Assembly: GCA_963754875.1 (NCBI GenBank)
Contig: CAVWHO010000010.1
Coordinates: 32,001-96,000 of the forward strand
Direction: 5' to 3'
Origin: Nitrospirota bacterium
GTDB lineage: Bacteria; Nitrospirota; UBA9217
Length of the DNA: 64,000 nt
The position numbers and the translations under genes were made by a program. Positions 9,613-19,286 of this stretch are shown one piece after another (the first letter of the stretch is position 1; every line of letters begins with the position of its first letter). Below the pieces are notes generated by a model that had not been told where the DNA came from, ran no database searches, and worked only from the letters and a program-made list of their open reading frames with translations.

Positions 9613-10269
9613 ATGTACTGTGCATCCTGGAGCGGCGGTAAAGACAGCTGTCTTGCAAGTTATCTTGCACAAAAACAGGGAAAGAAACTGTCGCACCTGG
9701 TCCATTTCGACCGGCCGAACAATCTTCACGGTGTCGATCCGGCCATGATAAAGCTCCAGGCAGAACTCACGGGCATCCCGATGATCCAGCGGAAGGTCGC
9801 ATCCGCAGATTTTGAACGCGAGTTCAAGAAAACAGTGGGCGAGCTCGCAACGAGCGGGGCACAGGGCATGGTCTTCGGCGACATCTACCTCGAACCGCAT
9901 AAAGAGTGGGTCGATCGCGTGTGCCATGAACTCGGCATCGAGCCAGTAGAACCGCTCTGGGGCATGAACACGGAGAACATCATTCAGAACTTTCTGAATA
10001 AAGGTTTTGAAACGATCGTGGCAAGCGGCAACCGTGACCTGATCGATAAAAAATATATCGGCCGCAAGATGGACCAGGAATTCATCGATTATCTCAAATC
10101 GAAAAAACTCGATGTCTGTGGCGAGAGCGGTGAGTTTCATACTTTTGTCACGAGCGGCCCGCTGTTCCGTGGAAAGATCGAAATCAAGGCTTCCGAGGTG
10201 GTGAGCAGGGATGGGTTCTGGTTTCTCGATGTCAAAGATTACAAAGTCGTTAAACAAGAGAGGCAGTGA
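9613..10269 (+). CDS. DUF71/COG2102 (Dph6-like) PP-loop ATPase
   Basis: SWSGGKDS PP-loop, FGDIYLE.H, EPLW, DVCGESGEFHTFV. Confidence 0.9.
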   Translation: MYCASWSGGKDSCLASYLAQKQGKKLSHLVHFDRPNNLHGVDPAMIKLQAELTGIPMIQRKVASADFEREFKKTVGELATSGAQGMVFGDIYLEPHKEWVDRVCHELGIEPVEPLWGMNTENIIQNFLNKGFETIVASGNRDLIDKKYIGRKMDQEFIDYLKSKKLDVCGESGEFHTFVTSGPLFRGKIEIKASEVVSRDGFWFLDVKDYKVVKQERQ

Positions 10270-11813
10270 CTTCGTTGACTGCTAAACCGCTCATGATACA
10301 GGGCACAGGCTCAGGCGTCGGCAAGAGCATCATCGTCGCAGGCCTTTGCAGGATTTTTCGGGACGAAGGGGTCAACGTCGCGCCGTTCAAGGCGCAGAAT
10401 ATGGCTTTGAACTCCTTCATTACGCAAGAGGGCGGCGAGATCGGACGTGCCCAGGCCTATCAGGCGGAAGCAGCGCGGGTCCAGCCGTCCATTGACATGA
10501 ATCCCGTTTTGCTCAAGGCAACAGGCGAGGCCGGGTGCCAGGTGATCCTGAACGGCAGGGTACATGCCAACATGGGTGCCCAGGAATACTACGCCTTCAA
10601 AGAGCATGCGTGGGCAGCAGTCACGCAGGCCTATGACCGGCTGTCGAAGCGTCATGACCTCATCATCATCGAAGGGGCGGGAAGCCCTGCTGAGATCAAC
10701 CTCAGCAACGACGAAGTCGTGAACATGAGTGTGGCCAGATATGTCAAGGCTCCGGTGATCCTTGTCGGCGACATCGACAAAGGAGGCGTATTCGCGTCGT
10801 TGTACGGGACTATCGCGCTCCTCGACGGCGACGCTGATTACATCAAGGCCTTCATCATCAACAAATTTCGAGGCGACTTGGCAATCCTCCAGCCGGGCCT
10901 GGAAATGATACGCGAGAAAACAAACAGACCGGTCCTTGGCGTGATTCCTTATCGTGGAGATCTCGGACTGCATGAAGAGGACGGCATCCCTCTGGAACGG
11001 CTCTGGTGGTCCAACCACGGAACACTGCAGGGGCCGAAGCTCAAGATCGTTGTAGTCCGGCTGAGATATATCTCGAACTTCACCGATTTCGATCCGTTCC
11101 TGTACGAGCCGGATACCGAACTCATTTACTCACTGCGGGACGCCGATATCGAGCATGCCGATCTCGTTATCATTCCGGGCTCAAAAAACACCGTACAAGA
11201 CCTGCTCTTCCTGAGGGAAGCAGGAATCGAAAAAAGTATAAAAAGGGCCGCAGCAAAGGGCATCCCGATCGTGGGTGTGTGCGGCGGGTATCAAATGCTC
11301 GGGAAAAAACTCCACGATCCTTTTGGCGTGGAAAGCCCTCATCGCGAAGTTGACGGCCTTGGTCTTCTCGATATAGAAACAGTACTGGAGAAAACAAAGG
11401 TGACCGCCCAGGTGGAGGCAGTACAAAGTTCCGAGTTCAGAGTTCAGAATGGAGATGCAAATAAGCTGAAAGGCTATGAGATTCATATGGGCAGGACAAC
11501 GGGCGATGTTGGGCTATTCAAGGTGAAGAGGCTTTGTTCTTACGCTGAACTCGGAACGATGAACTCTGAACTAATAGCGGACGGTTCTCGAAAGGGAAAT
11601 GTCTGGGGGACTTATATCCACGGGATATTCGACAACGACCTTTTCAGGCGCGATCTCGTTAATTCACTCAGGACCAAGCGCGGATTGGCTGCGTTCGATG
11701 AGGTCGTTGACTTCGAGAAAGCGCGTGACAAGGCGCTCGACCAATGGGCGGACCTCCTGCGCGAAAGTATCGACATGCGATATATAAGAGAGCTTATCTC
11801 AGGAAAGGGGTGA
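10266..11813 (+). CDS. cobQ: Cobyric acid synthase CobQ/CbiP
   Basis: MIQGTGSGVGKS, APFKAQNMALNS, EGAGSPAEINL, ISNFTDFDP, GVCGGYQMLG, GTYIHG. Confidence 0.97.
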   Translation: MTSLTAKPLMIQGTGSGVGKSIIVAGLCRIFRDEGVNVAPFKAQNMALNSFITQEGGEIGRAQAYQAEAARVQPSIDMNPVLLKATGEAGCQVILNGRVHANMGAQEYYAFKEHAWAAVTQAYDRLSKRHDLIIIEGAGSPAEINLSNDEVVNMSVARYVKAPVILVGDIDKGGVFASLYGTIALLDGDADYIKAFIINKFRGDLAILQPGLEMIREKTNRPVLGVIPYRGDLGLHEEDGIPLERLWWSNHGTLQGPKLKIVVVRLRYISNFTDFDPFLYEPDTELIYSLRDADIEHADLVIIPGSKNTVQDLLFLREAGIEKSIKRAAAKGIPIVGVCGGYQMLGKKLHDPFGVESPHREVDGLGLLDIETVLEKTKVTAQVEAVQSSEFRVQNGDANKLKGYEIHMGRTTGDVGLFKVKRLCSYAELGTMNSELIADGSRKGNVWGTYIHGIFDNDLFRRDLVNSLRTKRGLAAFDEVVDFEKARDKALDQWADLLRESIDMRYIRELISGKG

Positions 11814-11869
11814 TGGAAATACTCCATAATAACGGAAAGCCCGCAGTGAGCTAGCTCGACACAAAAATC

Positions 11870-12062
11870 TACAAGGGAATGGCGAAGCGGAAGGGGGTGA
11901 GAATCCCCAGCTGTCGCGCAACTGTGATGGAAACGAAAGCCGTGAACGCCACTGGGTGAGACGTGCAAGAACGTTTAAACTGTTGACACCGTTTAAACCT
12001 ATTGAGCGACGAGATCCGGGAAGGCCGGTGAGTAGGAAGTCCTAAGCCAGGAGACCTCTCAT
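11870..12062 (+). ncRNA. Cobalamin riboswitch 2
   Basis: AAGCGGAA..GGTGAGAATCC..GTCGCGCAACTGTGA..GCCACTGG..GGGAAGGC..AAGCCAGGAGACCT; upstream of TonB-dependent receptor. Confidence 0.92.
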
Positions 12063-12093
12063 TCCCGAAAACCTCGAATGAAGGAGAATTGAT

Positions 12094-14010
12094 ATGTTCA
12101 GGAAGATTGTTGCAGGCGTAGCTATGTTGTCGGCATCAATGTTGATCAATAGCGTTTCAACAGCCATGACCGACGTACAAATGAACGAAGTCGTAGTAAC
12201 TGCCACTAAGACGGAACGGAAGCCGCAGGACGTGACCCAGTCCGTTACAGTAGTAACGTCAGACGAAATCGCAAAATCGGGTGCAACGAACGTGGCCGAA
12301 GTCATCAGCACGACCGCCGGTGTGATGGTGACCGATCAGGGGCCTTTCGGGTCGCTTCAAGCCGTTAACCTTCGCGGCTCTTCGTATCAGCAGGTCCTGG
12401 TGCTTCTGGACGGCAAACGGTTGAATTCGGCAAGTGCGGGAGGGTACGATCTGTCCGAACTTCCGGTCCCTCTTGATTCAATCGAACGGATCGAGATAGT
12501 CCGTGGTCCTGCCTCGGCGTTGTACGGCGCTGATGCAGTAGGAGGCGTCGTTAATATCATCACAAAAAAACCCACAGCCCCTGTCACGACGCTAAGCGGC
12601 GATCTCGGCGCCAATGTAGACACCAAAGGAAATGCAAAAAAACCGGTTTCGACACACGCATCGATCTATAATTCCGGGAGAAACGGGAACAGCTATTATG
12701 CATTGTCCTACAGCAAAGACCATTCTAACGGATACCGCCAAAACGACGATGCTGACCAGTATACTGCAGGCGTCAAGCTCGGCTACGATCTCGATGCAGC
12801 ATCATCCATAGAGGCCAGTGCCGACTATCTCAGAAAAAATATCGGAGTGCCTGGTTCAGTGCAGTTTACAACTCCGTTTGCGCGTCAGCTGAACTCTGAA
12901 ACCGTTACGGGAGTGCAATATAAAGAACGGTTGTCCAAAGCAGTAGATATCAACGTACGTGTCTATCAAAATGAAGATATACTTAGCTATCGGAACCAGG
13001 CCGATCCTTTTTTCCCTGCAGACACAAAAACCCGAAGTACGACTTCCGGTGAAGAGACACAAGTGAACTGGCTCATGAATTCATTTTCCGTCGTTACCCT
13101 TGGGGCAGAGGAACGTGATGACAGCATGGTCAATACCGATATTGTGCTCGATAATATTGCCCGCACACATACTGCATCGATTTTTTCAGGATACATTCAG
13201 GACGAGATGAACTTGGGCGATTCTCTTATCCTCGTTTTAGGAGGCCGGAGCGACATTCATTCCAGATTCGGGAGTAAATGGAGCCCGAAGGCAAGCGGCC
13301 GATACCTTATTGCAAAGAGCGGCACCATTTTCCGGGCGTCGTACGGAAAGAGCTTCAGGGCGCCGACCTTAAATGATCTCTATTTTCCAAGTGATTCACT
13401 CGGCAATGGAGGAAATCCGAATCTCAAACCGGAATCTGCGGAGGAATACGAAGGCGGAATCGAGCAATCCCTCGGCACGGGAAATTCGATAAAATTTACA
13501 GCTTTCAACCGCAGGGTGAAGGACCTTATCCAGTGGACGGTAGCCGATCCGGTCAATTTCCCCTTTGGTTATATGCCGGCAAATGTCGGGAGAGCGCGCA
13601 TCAGCGGGACGGAAACAGAACTGCATTTCGTCGCTTCTCAAAGCGTGTCAGGGAATATCAGCTATACACTGATGTTTCCGGTCGATGAAACCACAGGAGA
13701 ACGATTATTTTCCGACGTTTCACATATTCCCGCTCAGCAGCTCGGGGGGGTGCTGCAGATAGCTCTGGATTCTCAGACCGCTCTCTCTCTTGATGGACGG
13801 AGTGTGAGAAACTATGTTCATCCCGAAGACCCAAAATGGGATTATTACACCCTTGATGGGAAAATAACCGATACGATTGTGGCCCGGAAAGATTTGAAGA
13901 CCGAAGTTTTTATCGGGATGAAAAACATCTTCAATCGGAGATATGAAACCGTGAAGGGCTACCCCATGCCGCCGCAGACATTATACGGAGGGATGACGGC
14001 GTCGTTCTAA
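12094..14010 (+). CDS. btuB: TonB-dependent outer-membrane receptor, BtuB-like
   Basis: TonB box EVVVTAT, plug IERIEIVRGPASALYGADAVGGVVNIIT, FRAPTLNDLY, C-terminal Phe; B12 riboswitch upstream. Confidence 0.88.
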   Translation: MFRKIVAGVAMLSASMLINSVSTAMTDVQMNEVVVTATKTERKPQDVTQSVTVVTSDEIAKSGATNVAEVISTTAGVMVTDQGPFGSLQAVNLRGSSYQQVLVLLDGKRLNSASAGGYDLSELPVPLDSIERIEIVRGPASALYGADAVGGVVNIITKKPTAPVTTLSGDLGANVDTKGNAKKPVSTHASIYNSGRNGNSYYALSYSKDHSNGYRQNDDADQYTAGVKLGYDLDAASSIEASADYLRKNIGVPGSVQFTTPFARQLNSETVTGVQYKERLSKAVDINVRVYQNEDILSYRNQADPFFPADTKTRSTTSGEETQVNWLMNSFSVVTLGAEERDDSMVNTDIVLDNIARTHTASIFSGYIQDEMNLGDSLILVLGGRSDIHSRFGSKWSPKASGRYLIAKSGTIFRASYGKSFRAPTLNDLYFPSDSLGNGGNPNLKPESAEEYEGGIEQSLGTGNSIKFTAFNRRVKDLIQWTVADPVNFPFGYMPANVGRARISGTETELHFVASQSVSGNISYTLMFPVDETTGERLFSDVSHIPAQQLGGVLQIALDSQTALSLDGRSVRNYVHPEDPKWDYYTLDGKITDTIVARKDLKTEVFIGMKNIFNRRYETVKGYPMPPQTLYGGMTASF

Positions 14011-14143
14011 GCTGCGGAATAAAACCGGAACGGAGACGGGGAGAGGGGGAACCGGCAGGGTCGATGACATCATTGTGCGTTTCCCCGTATCTCCCGTCAC
14101 TGTTTCAAGTGACTCAGATTGTTCTCTGTGGTACTATTTCTCT

Positions 14144-14789
14144 ATGACGTTCCGGCATTCATTTTATATTTCGATCGCCGCGCATATTTTTGCATTCGGA
14201 AGCGCGATTGCGTTCGCTCAGTTAGGGAGTGGACTATTACTTCTCCTCCCGCGACGCGATGATGGTCGCCCTGGTTTCTCCCGGACCGGCATCGGACAAG
14301 GGAAGGGGAACTCGTCACGAGCTACCCGCAGCGCTGCCAAAGAATCAAGCTGATCCCAGTGAAGAACGAGATGCCTGCTGTTGTCTCCCAAAGAGGCGGA
14401 CACGGCTTCAGTTCAGCAATCCGGCCAGATAACAAAAAACGTTGATATCGGCAGAGATGATGCGGGGCAAGCGCCGTCTGCCTCAGGAGCGGAGCAGGGC
14501 ACGTCAGCCCAATTCGGGATCGCATCGCCGCGCGGAATGGGCACTCATAGCAGCGTCCATAGAACGGACGAAAAACTATCCGCGCCTGGCGAGAGAGCGC
14601 GGCATTGAAGGGATGGTCCGCTTGCGGTTCAGGCTTACTTCTTCGGGCGCCGTCGAGAAGCTCGAAATCGTTCAGAGCTCGGGGTCCGAAATACTGGACA
14701 GTGCATCGATCGGCGCAGTGTATCGCGCGGCCCCTCTGCCTTATGTGAGCGGGTGGGTGGAAATGCCGATGAAATACGTTTTGAAGTGA
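14144..14789 (+). CDS. tonB: Energy transducer TonB-family protein, broken by about four +1 indels
   Basis: N-terminal anchor SIAAHIFAF; C-terminal YPRLARERGIEGMVRLRF..SSG.EILD; frame switches near 14240, 14356, 14389, 14530. Confidence 0.8.
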
Positions 14790-14807
14790 CGATGAGGAAT
14801 TCGATTC

Positions 14808-15020
14808 ATGGAGCAGGGGATGAAAGGTAAACAAATAAAATGTCCGATCTGCAAAAAGGAGACGACCTGGAATAACAACCCTTTCAGGCCATTTTGCTCC
14901 GAGCGCTGCAGGCTGATCGATCTGGGGAAATGGGCTTCCGAGGACTACCGCATCCCGGGCGAGAAAAAGGATATTCCCGATGGCGATGATGGGGAAAAAA
15001 TAAATCAGAATGGTGGATAA
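14808..15020 (+). CDS. yacG: DNA gyrase inhibitor YacG
   Basis: CPICKK...[19 protein letters not shown]. Confidence 0.95.
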   Translation: MEQGMKGKQIKCPICKKETTWNNNPFRPFCSERCRLIDLGKWASEDYRIPGEKKDIPDGDDGEKINQNGG

Positions 15021-15115
15021 TTTTTTAAAAATATATTACAATACACAAAATACGTTGGCAACAAGCAGATAGCTCATGATACGGTGCGAAGTAACGGACG
15101 GGAGGCAGCAGCAGG

Positions 15116-16553
15116 ATGGAAATCCGTTGTGAAAAATGTAATAAGCTCTTCCGTGTTGCTGATGAAAAAATTACGGGCAGCGGTGTCAAATTCTCCTGCA
15201 CGAAGTGCGGCGACTACTGTAAAAATCACCAGGGAAGAGTTCTATAACTACACGCTGTCCAAAACTGCCGTTTCCGCTCTCGACATGTTCGAGCCGAAGC
15301 CGAAACCAGATCTAACTTCAATGTTGGGACCGGACGCAGCAAAAGCAGAACAGGCACCGGACCGCGATGAGATAGCTGCTCAGGCGCCTCTTTCCTCGCC
15401 GAAAGATGTAGATCAATCATCTTCCTCTTCTCCTGACTTTTTGCAGGAAAAAGAAGAATCTGCGTTTTCAGAACCAAACCCTTTTGAAGAATTGTCTCTC
15501 GGGGAGGCGCTGCAACCCAAACAGGAGACATGGCATGATGGTGAGCCGGCTCTTGCACTTCCGGTCCAGCCGGAGCAGGAGCAGAAACCTGCTGCACTGA
15601 TTTCTGAACCAGACAAAAAAACGGAGCACTATCCCGAACCAGCCATAGAACCGGCCGGAGAACCAGCCATAGAACCGGTCGTAGAACCGGCCGTAGAACC
15701 AGCCGTAGAACCAGCCGTAGAACCGGCCATAGAACCAGCCATAGAACCGACAAGTCAGGCAATCCCGGCAGGACCTGAGCAAAAACAGGAGCAGGAACAT
15801 AAAACGATGCCTGCTACTGATCTTGTACCCATCCCGAAGACAGAGCCGAAGTCAGAACAGAAACCCGAAGAACCAGCGATAAGATCTCACGTACCTGAGA
15901 CGCCGCCCGCCGTTCAGACCAGGCCTTCACCAGCGCGGCCTGTGGTCCCGCACCCAATTTCGAAAAAGGAACCTGTGGAGCAAACCCGTCAAGAAACTCC
16001 GCAAACAGAATCTTCCCATTCCGGCAGGATGGTGCTCGTTCTGTTGTCCGCCTTCATTCTGCTGGGAGCCGTAGGGTATGGCGTATATAGGTTCATGCTG
16101 CCTTCTCTGCAGAATGCAGAGCGGCCTGCGGCTGTAATGACCTCAACCGAAGGATTACGCGTCGTTAACCCTTCGGGTTCGGTAGAACCAAACGGCGATC
16201 TGCTGATTGCCGGCTCAGTTGAGAACTTAACGGACAAAGAGCGCCCGGGATGGTATGTCGTCGTCGACGTGTACGATGCTAATGGCAAGGTATTGAATAA
16301 AATCAGGTTGTTGAACGGAAAACAGATTTACTCTCGTGCAGACTATGACATTTTATCAAAGCGCGGTGTGAATGTTCCGGAACTGAAAGCCAAAGCTCTT
16401 CAAAGTCAGGGAGTCGTCATACCGGCAAAAGGGAGCGTTCCTTTCGAATTGCGCTACCTCCAGCCTCCTGTCGGCATAGCGAGTTTCAATGCCACGTTGC
16501 AGCCCTTTGATCCCATCCGGCTGTTTAAGGAAATAGAAAAAGAGACCAAGTAG
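15116..16553 (+). CDS. MJ0042-type zinc-ribbon membrane protein with Pro/Glu-rich linker and periplasmic C-terminal (DUF3426-like) domain; one indel near 15218
   Basis: ATG 15116 after GGAGG gives MEIRCEKCNKLFRVADEKITGSGVKFSCTKCG in a different frame from the listed ORF; single TM segment LVLLSAFILLGAVGYGVY. Confidence 0.8.
15636..15749 (+). repeat. 12-bp coding tandem repeat, about 9.5 copies (EPA[IV])
   Basis: Unit GAACCRGCCRTA repeated directly. Confidence 0.95.
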
Positions 16554-16711
16554 CCAGCCAGGGGGTCTTCATCCATTTCATCGTGACTTATTTGGAAACT
16601 ACTATCTGCAGCAACGTTGTCGCAATCGCTCAGAAAGAACATATCCATAATCTGAAAAAATAGTTTACTGCTCAAAGACACTTTTCACGCCTTTCGCAGG
16701 CCTTTTTATAG

Positions 16712-17728
16712 ATGAATGGCCTCATTATCTTAACCGCTTACCTCCTTGACCTGATTTTGGGCGATCCACACTGGCTGCCACATCCGGTACGTGCGATAGG
16801 CCGACTTATTCAAAGATTCGAGTCGATCCTTAGACGGATCGCCGGCACGCCGCGAACGGAAAAGATTGCCGGTGGTATACTGGTTTTTCTCACCGTTTCT
16901 CTGGTCTATTTCATATCCCAGTGCATCATCCTCGCCACCTGCCGGTTCTCGTCCTATCTCGGGTTCACCATCTCTGCGGTGCTGGCTTATACAACTCTTG
17001 CGGCACGGAGTCTGGCAGACGCGGCGCGCACGGTGCTCAAGAAGCTCGACGACGGCGACCTCGCTGCGGCGCGGCATGAGCTCTCCATGATCGTGGGGAG
17101 AGACACAAAAAACCTCGATGAACGGGAGATCGTTCGCGCCGTGGTGGAGACTGTTGCTGAGAACGCTTCAGATGGCGTTATCGCACCACTCCTGTATCTG
17201 GCAATCGGCGGACCGGCTCTTGCACTTGCCTATAAGGCCGTTAATACGCTCGACTCCATGGTCGGCTACAGGAATGCACGGTATCTGCATTTCGGATGGG
17301 CCGCGGCACGGTTGGATGACATAGTTAATTTTATGCCGGCCAGGATTACGGCCCTTCTGATCTGCCTGTCTGCAACTGCAGCCCGCAGGCTCAAACAGGT
17401 GGTTACCACAGTCATGCATCTCCTCCGATTACGCTCTGAACTCCGAACGCGGAACTTTGAACTCTACAGTCCCTGGCGTATCATGATTCGCGACCGCAAA
17501 AACCATCCCAGCCCGAACAGCGGTTATCCCGAGGCTGCCATGGCGGGTGCGCTTGGGATACGTCTTGGTGGACCGAGCACCTATGCGGGGCACCTGAGTT
17601 TGAAGCCCTTTATTGGAGAAGCTGACTGCCTAATCGCCAAAAAACATATTGAAAAGTCCGTCCGGTTACTGTATTCTGCTACCTTGTTCAGCACGTTGAC
17701 CGCCGCGGCAGTAAATTATTTTCTGTAA
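16712..17728 (+). CDS. cbiB: Adenosylcobinamide-phosphate synthase CbiB
   Basis: [52 protein letters not shown]. Confidence 0.96.
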   Translation: MNGLIILTAYLLDLILGDPHWLPHPVRAIGRLIQRFESILRRIAGTPRTEKIAGGILVFLTVSLVYFISQCIILATCRFSSYLGFTISAVLAYTTLAARSLADAARTVLKKLDDGDLAAARHELSMIVGRDTKNLDEREIVRAVVETVAENASDGVIAPLLYLAIGGPALALAYKAVNTLDSMVGYRNARYLHFGWAAARLDDIVNFMPARITALLICLSATAARRLKQVVTTVMHLLRLRSELRTRNFELYSPWRIMIRDRKNHPSPNSGYPEAAMAGALGIRLGGPSTYAGHLSLKPFIGEADCLIAKKHIEKSVRLLYSATLFSTLTAAAVNYFL

Positions 17729-17740
17729 CCCAAATTTTGC

Positions 17741-17768
17741 TTGACAAAATCTGTGGCTATGCTATAAA
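17741..17768 (+). promoter_or_regulatory. Sigma70-type promoter of metK
   Basis: TTGACA-16 bp-TATAAA with TG extension. Confidence 0.55.
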
Positions 17769-17808
17769 AACGAAATTTTTATGGTCATTAAGGCCGGAAG
17801 GAGACCAG

Positions 17809-18969
17809 ATGGACAGCTGTAGCAGGAATTATCTATTCACCTCGGAATCGGTTACTGAGGGGCATCCAGACAAAATAGCCGACCAGATTTCAGATGCGGT
17901 CCTCGATGCGCTTTTGGCGCAGGATCCCATGAGCCGGGTAGCATGCGAAACGCTTTTGACCACGGGACTTGCCATGGTGGCGGGCGAGATAACCACCAAG
18001 GGATATGTTGAAATTCCCGATATCGTTCGTCAGACGATCAAGGACATCGGCTATGTCCGCGCAAAATATGGTTTTGATTCTGAAACCTGTGCGGTCATTA
18101 CGTCCGTCCACTCGCAGTCGCCTGATATTGCCATGGGCGTTGACACTGGCGGCGCCGGAGACCAGGGCCTTATGTTCGGGTATGCCTGCGACGAGACTCC
18201 GGAGCTCATGCCCATGACCATCATGCTTGCCCACAAGCTTACCCGCCGCCTGTCCGAAGTGCGAAAGAAGGAGATTCTCCCGTATCTGAGGCCGGACGGT
18301 AAGTCTCAGGTGACCATCGAATATCGCGACGGAAAACCTTATAGACTGCATACAATCGTTGTTTCGTCCCAGCACAGCCCCGACGTGAGCCTCAAACAAC
18401 TGCGCAAGGACATCATCGAGAAGGTCATCCTTCCCGTGCTTCCGAAGAAACTTCTGGACGAAAAATCCATTATTTATCACATCAACCCCACCGGCAGATT
18501 CGTGACCGGCGGCCCCATGGGCGATACGGGACTCACTGGCCGCAAGATCATCGTTGATACCTACGGCGGTGTGGGAAGCCATGGCGGCGGCTGTTTTTCG
18601 GGCAAGGACCCGACGAAGGTTGACCGCTCTGCCTCATACATGGCACGCTATGTTGCCAAGAATATCGTTGCATCGGGCATTGCTACGGAATGCGAAGTGC
18701 AGCTTGCCTATGCCATCGGTGTCCCCGAACCGGTCTCGATCCATGTGGACGACTTCGGGACCGGCCAGGTCGAGCATGACAAACTGGTCAAGATCATCAG
18801 AAAGAACTTTGACATGACGCCGAAAGGCATTGTGAAGACGCTGAATTTGAGACGTCCTATTTACAAAAAGACCGCAGCCTACGGCCACTTCGGCAGAACC
18901 GAGCCTGAGTTTACCTGGGAAAAAACGGACAAGGCCGCGAAGCTTAAAAAAGACGCGGGAGTGAAGTAA
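17809..18969 (+). CDS. metK: S-adenosylmethionine synthetase
   Basis: [43 protein letters not shown] before ATG 17809. Confidence 0.99.
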   Translation: MDSCSRNYLFTSESVTEGHPDKIADQISDAVLDALLAQDPMSRVACETLLTTGLAMVAGEITTKGYVEIPDIVRQTIKDIGYVRAKYGFDSETCAVITSVHSQSPDIAMGVDTGGAGDQGLMFGYACDETPELMPMTIMLAHKLTRRLSEVRKKEILPYLRPDGKSQVTIEYRDGKPYRLHTIVVSSQHSPDVSLKQLRKDIIEKVILPVLPKKLLDEKSIIYHINPTGRFVTGGPMGDTGLTGRKIIVDTYGGVGSHGGGCFSGKDPTKVDRSASYMARYVAKNIVASGIATECEVQLAYAIGVPEPVSIHVDDFGTGQVEHDKLVKIIRKNFDMTPKGIVKTLNLRRPIYKKTAAYGHFGRTEPEFTWEKTDKAAKLKKDAGVK

Positions 18970-19032
18970 TAGCTGATTGCGAAATTCGGATTGCGGATAA
19001 AATCCAGATCAATTCTGCAGGGAATGAAAATT

Positions 19033-19066
19033 ATGTAGGGGCAGCCCTGTGTGGCTGCCCCTACAT
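19033..19066. repeat. REP-like GTAG palindrome
   Basis: Perfect 14-bp inverted repeat ATGTAGGGGCAGCC-ctgtgt-GGCTGCCCCTACAT. Confidence 0.7.
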
Positions 19067-19174
19067 TGTGTGACTTAGACTATTGGGCCGCGAAGAGCCG
19101 GAACTCAAGTGGGAAGCCACTGACAAGGCTGCCGCATTGCATGTAAACGCAGGACTGTAATTCAAACATCAACC

Positions 19175-19261
19175 CACTCCGTCGAGGGGCGCTGCAGCAG
19201 TCACCGCAAGGTGGGTCTGTCAGGCTCGATGGGGTGTTTCAACATATAGCAACGGCGCCCA
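19175..19261 (+). ncRNA. SAH riboswitch
   Basis: GTCGAGGGGCGCTGCAGCAG...CTGTCAGGCTCGAT...CAACGGCGCCC matches the consensus layout; GGGCGCTG can pair with 3' CGGCGCCC as the pseudoknot; directly upstream of ahcY. Confidence 0.88.
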
Positions 19262-19286
19262 TTCATTAACCTGAATGGAGAGCTAT

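Noticed and set aside
15084..15218. Listed N-terminus MRSNGREAAAG...
   Set aside because: Wrong frame; the zinc-ribbon frame from ATG 15116 has an SD and a recognisable motif
15636..15749. Possible CRISPR-like array
   Set aside because: Contiguous 12-bp coding repeats without spacers; no cas genes in the window
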